DNA of 64,000 bases from positions 104,762-168,761 of the forward strand of contig CAVPLU010000013.1 in the NCBI GenBank assembly GCA_963706285.1. Direction: 5' to 3'. The notes under the pieces were generated by a model. That model saw only the letters and a list, made by a program, of their open reading frames with translations. It ran no database searches and was not told the DNA's origin. Shown here piece by piece: positions 62,424-64,000 of the stretch; position 1 is the stretch's first letter, and every line of letters starts with the position of its first letter. Made by a program: the position numbers and the translations under genes. Source of the DNA: Candidatus Bathyarchaeota archaeon (GTDB taxonomy: Archaea > Thermoproteota > Bathyarchaeia > 40CM-2-53-6).

Positions 62424-62603
62424 ATGAGCGATAGAAACAAGCGTTTCTCATTCAAGTGCAGCGACTGCGGCAAAGAAGAATCCGTGCCTTTTCCAGTCGA
62501 TAAGACGAGACCATTCAGATGTCAGGATTGCCTCCAGAAATACCGTGAAGCGGGCATAAGCCGACGGAGGACTCGAACAGGCAGAGGAGGGGGGAATCGA
62601 TAA
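62424..62603 (+). CDS. Small Zn-ribbon protein (CxxC-x17-CxxC)
   Basis: CSDCG...VPF...RPFRCQDC after GGTGA. Confidence 0.75.
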   Translation: MSDRNKRFSFKCSDCGKEESVPFPVDKTRPFRCQDCLQKYREAGISRRRTRTGRGGGNR

Positions 62604-62851
62604 GCTACGCGTTTAGATGTAGCAACTGCGGCACGATTGTGAGGCCTGAGAATCAGCGGGTTGTCGAAGGCCGCGAGTTGTGTAAGTGGTGCGCTGAGGC
62701 TGAGAAGGACCGACTCAGGGCGTAATGTTCGCGGTTACAGGCGTAATCCACAAGCGATAGCACTTACAGCCGTAACCGGCTGGCCCGTAATGTGCCACAT
62801 ACGTTATACCCCCATTAGGGGACTCTCTCCGACGTACAAGGATGGAAATCG

Positions 62852-63131
62852 CATGGTAGCGGATAGGCATGCAATTCCAGACGACCTGCACGAGAGAATC
62901 AGACTCATAGAGAGAGCCATAGAGAACAGATGCAGGAGTCTCCGAGTCAAGACTGAAGAACAACATATTCAGATCAGTGGTGCTGCCGGAAGATTGTCAA
63001 AAGAGGAGAAAGCTGCGCTTCGCGAGCTAGGAATACGACACACAACCTACGGAGCAAGGTTGTACAAGGAACACGACGAATACCGAAGCTACGTCAAGCA
63101 TTTGATCGAACGGAGATTGATTGAACGCTGA
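62852..63131 (+). CDS. Hypothetical basic helical protein
   Basis: C-terminal part of ORF 62661-63131 from ATG near 62853. Confidence 0.5.
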
Positions 63132-63685
63132 GCAAGACGAGCCACTAACACGGGGAGCCCCGGGCATCCCCGACGTACACGTATAGCTGCTGCCCATGCA
63201 TGAGAGATTGGTATCTCATCTACGACTAAGACGAGGTTGCAGGGTCAGCATGCTATCCTTCTCTATCTTATCTGGGTGTGAGTTCTTTAATGGTCTAGGT
63301 AGACGGGGGTTCGCTCAGTGGGCGAATGCTCGGGATGCATTCGTGACGGGAATTGTGTTCTTCAGGAAATGGGAGCGAAAACAGGCAGTTGTAGATGGCG
63401 TGTCGAAAAGCTGGATGCAGCATAACCGAGTGTGATGTGATTGAGCGGTTCAAGTGTTACCGTTGTGGAAATCTACACGCGGAACAAGACAAAGTGGGGC
63501 TAGGCAGACAGCAGGAGTCCATGCAAAGTCTCAAATCCTGACCAGTCCCATAGTCTAGTTGCTTTCTGAGACGTCACTGTTTGCCTATTTGGCGTTCGCT
63601 ACTTTCTCTGCTCGTCAAGGAGCGCCGAGGAAGGGCGCTATGATACGAAGTACCCGAACTCGAGAAAGGGAGGTGAGAATGAGTA

Positions 63686-63961
63686 ATGGGCAAGTTTCTG
63701 GCTGTTCATACGCTACCGGGGCCGACAACAGTTGATGAGGCGGCTCCAATTGCTAAGGCAGTTAAGGCCGGTTCAGGCGCGGACGCCTACTGGATTGGTA
63801 GTTGGCTCCAGATGAATGAGGTAGGCAAGATAACGAAACTATTCTGCGAATGGGACGCAAAAGACGCTGAAACCATACGTAGAGTCGTCGGAAAGATTCC
63901 CGGGCTTCCAACAGACGGAGTATACCCGATGGGCAAGGTGGATGCAGAGTCCTACAGGTAG
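63686..63961 (+). CDS. DUF4242-like small protein
   Basis: FLAVH, KLFCEWDAKDAE; strong GGAGGTGA SD. Confidence 0.75.
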   Translation: MGKFLAVHTLPGPTTVDEAAPIAKAVKAGSGADAYWIGSWLQMNEVGKITKLFCEWDAKDAETIRRVVGKIPGLPTDGVYPMGKVDAESYR

Positions 63962-64000
63962 CCCTCCCTAATCCTCCTCCAATTTTCTTTCTATCTTTCT

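Noticed and set aside
1-64000. CRISPR array, transposase or integrase
   Set aside because: No regularly spaced repeats and no recognisable mobile-element proteins. Most remaining ORF-track entries are antisense shadows of real genes.

Overview
Archaeal chromosomal core region from a TACK-type organism, most consistent with Bathyarchaeia (inferred from gene content: L14e/L34e, single-OB SSB, DUF1512, no uL2 in the S10 cluster). It carries aminoacyl-tRNA synthetases (tyrS, pheST, trpS, valS), dnaG, map, TBP, a fragmented S10-spc ribosomal protein cluster, a 5S rRNA and three tRNAs. The main signal is very heavy use of bulge-helix-bulge (BHB) splicing. tRNA-Trp(CCA) is interrupted by five introns (10/11, 28/29, 37/38 with a C/D guide, 45/46, 59/60), tRNA-Ser(TGA) by three, tRNA-Ser(GGA) by two, and a 20-nt BHB-type intron splits the catalytic Asp codon of cbf5. 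The two tRNAs whose introns use acceptor-stem bases for the BHB helix both have a 5' leader complementary to their own 3' acceptor strand plus NCC(A); the third tRNA does not. The window also shows apparent displacement of the archaeal-type SAM synthetase (internally deleted relic) by an intact bacterial-type metK about 1.6 kb away. Many genes carry single-base insertions that look like long-read assembly errors. All RNA structures were parsed by eye; no searches were run.
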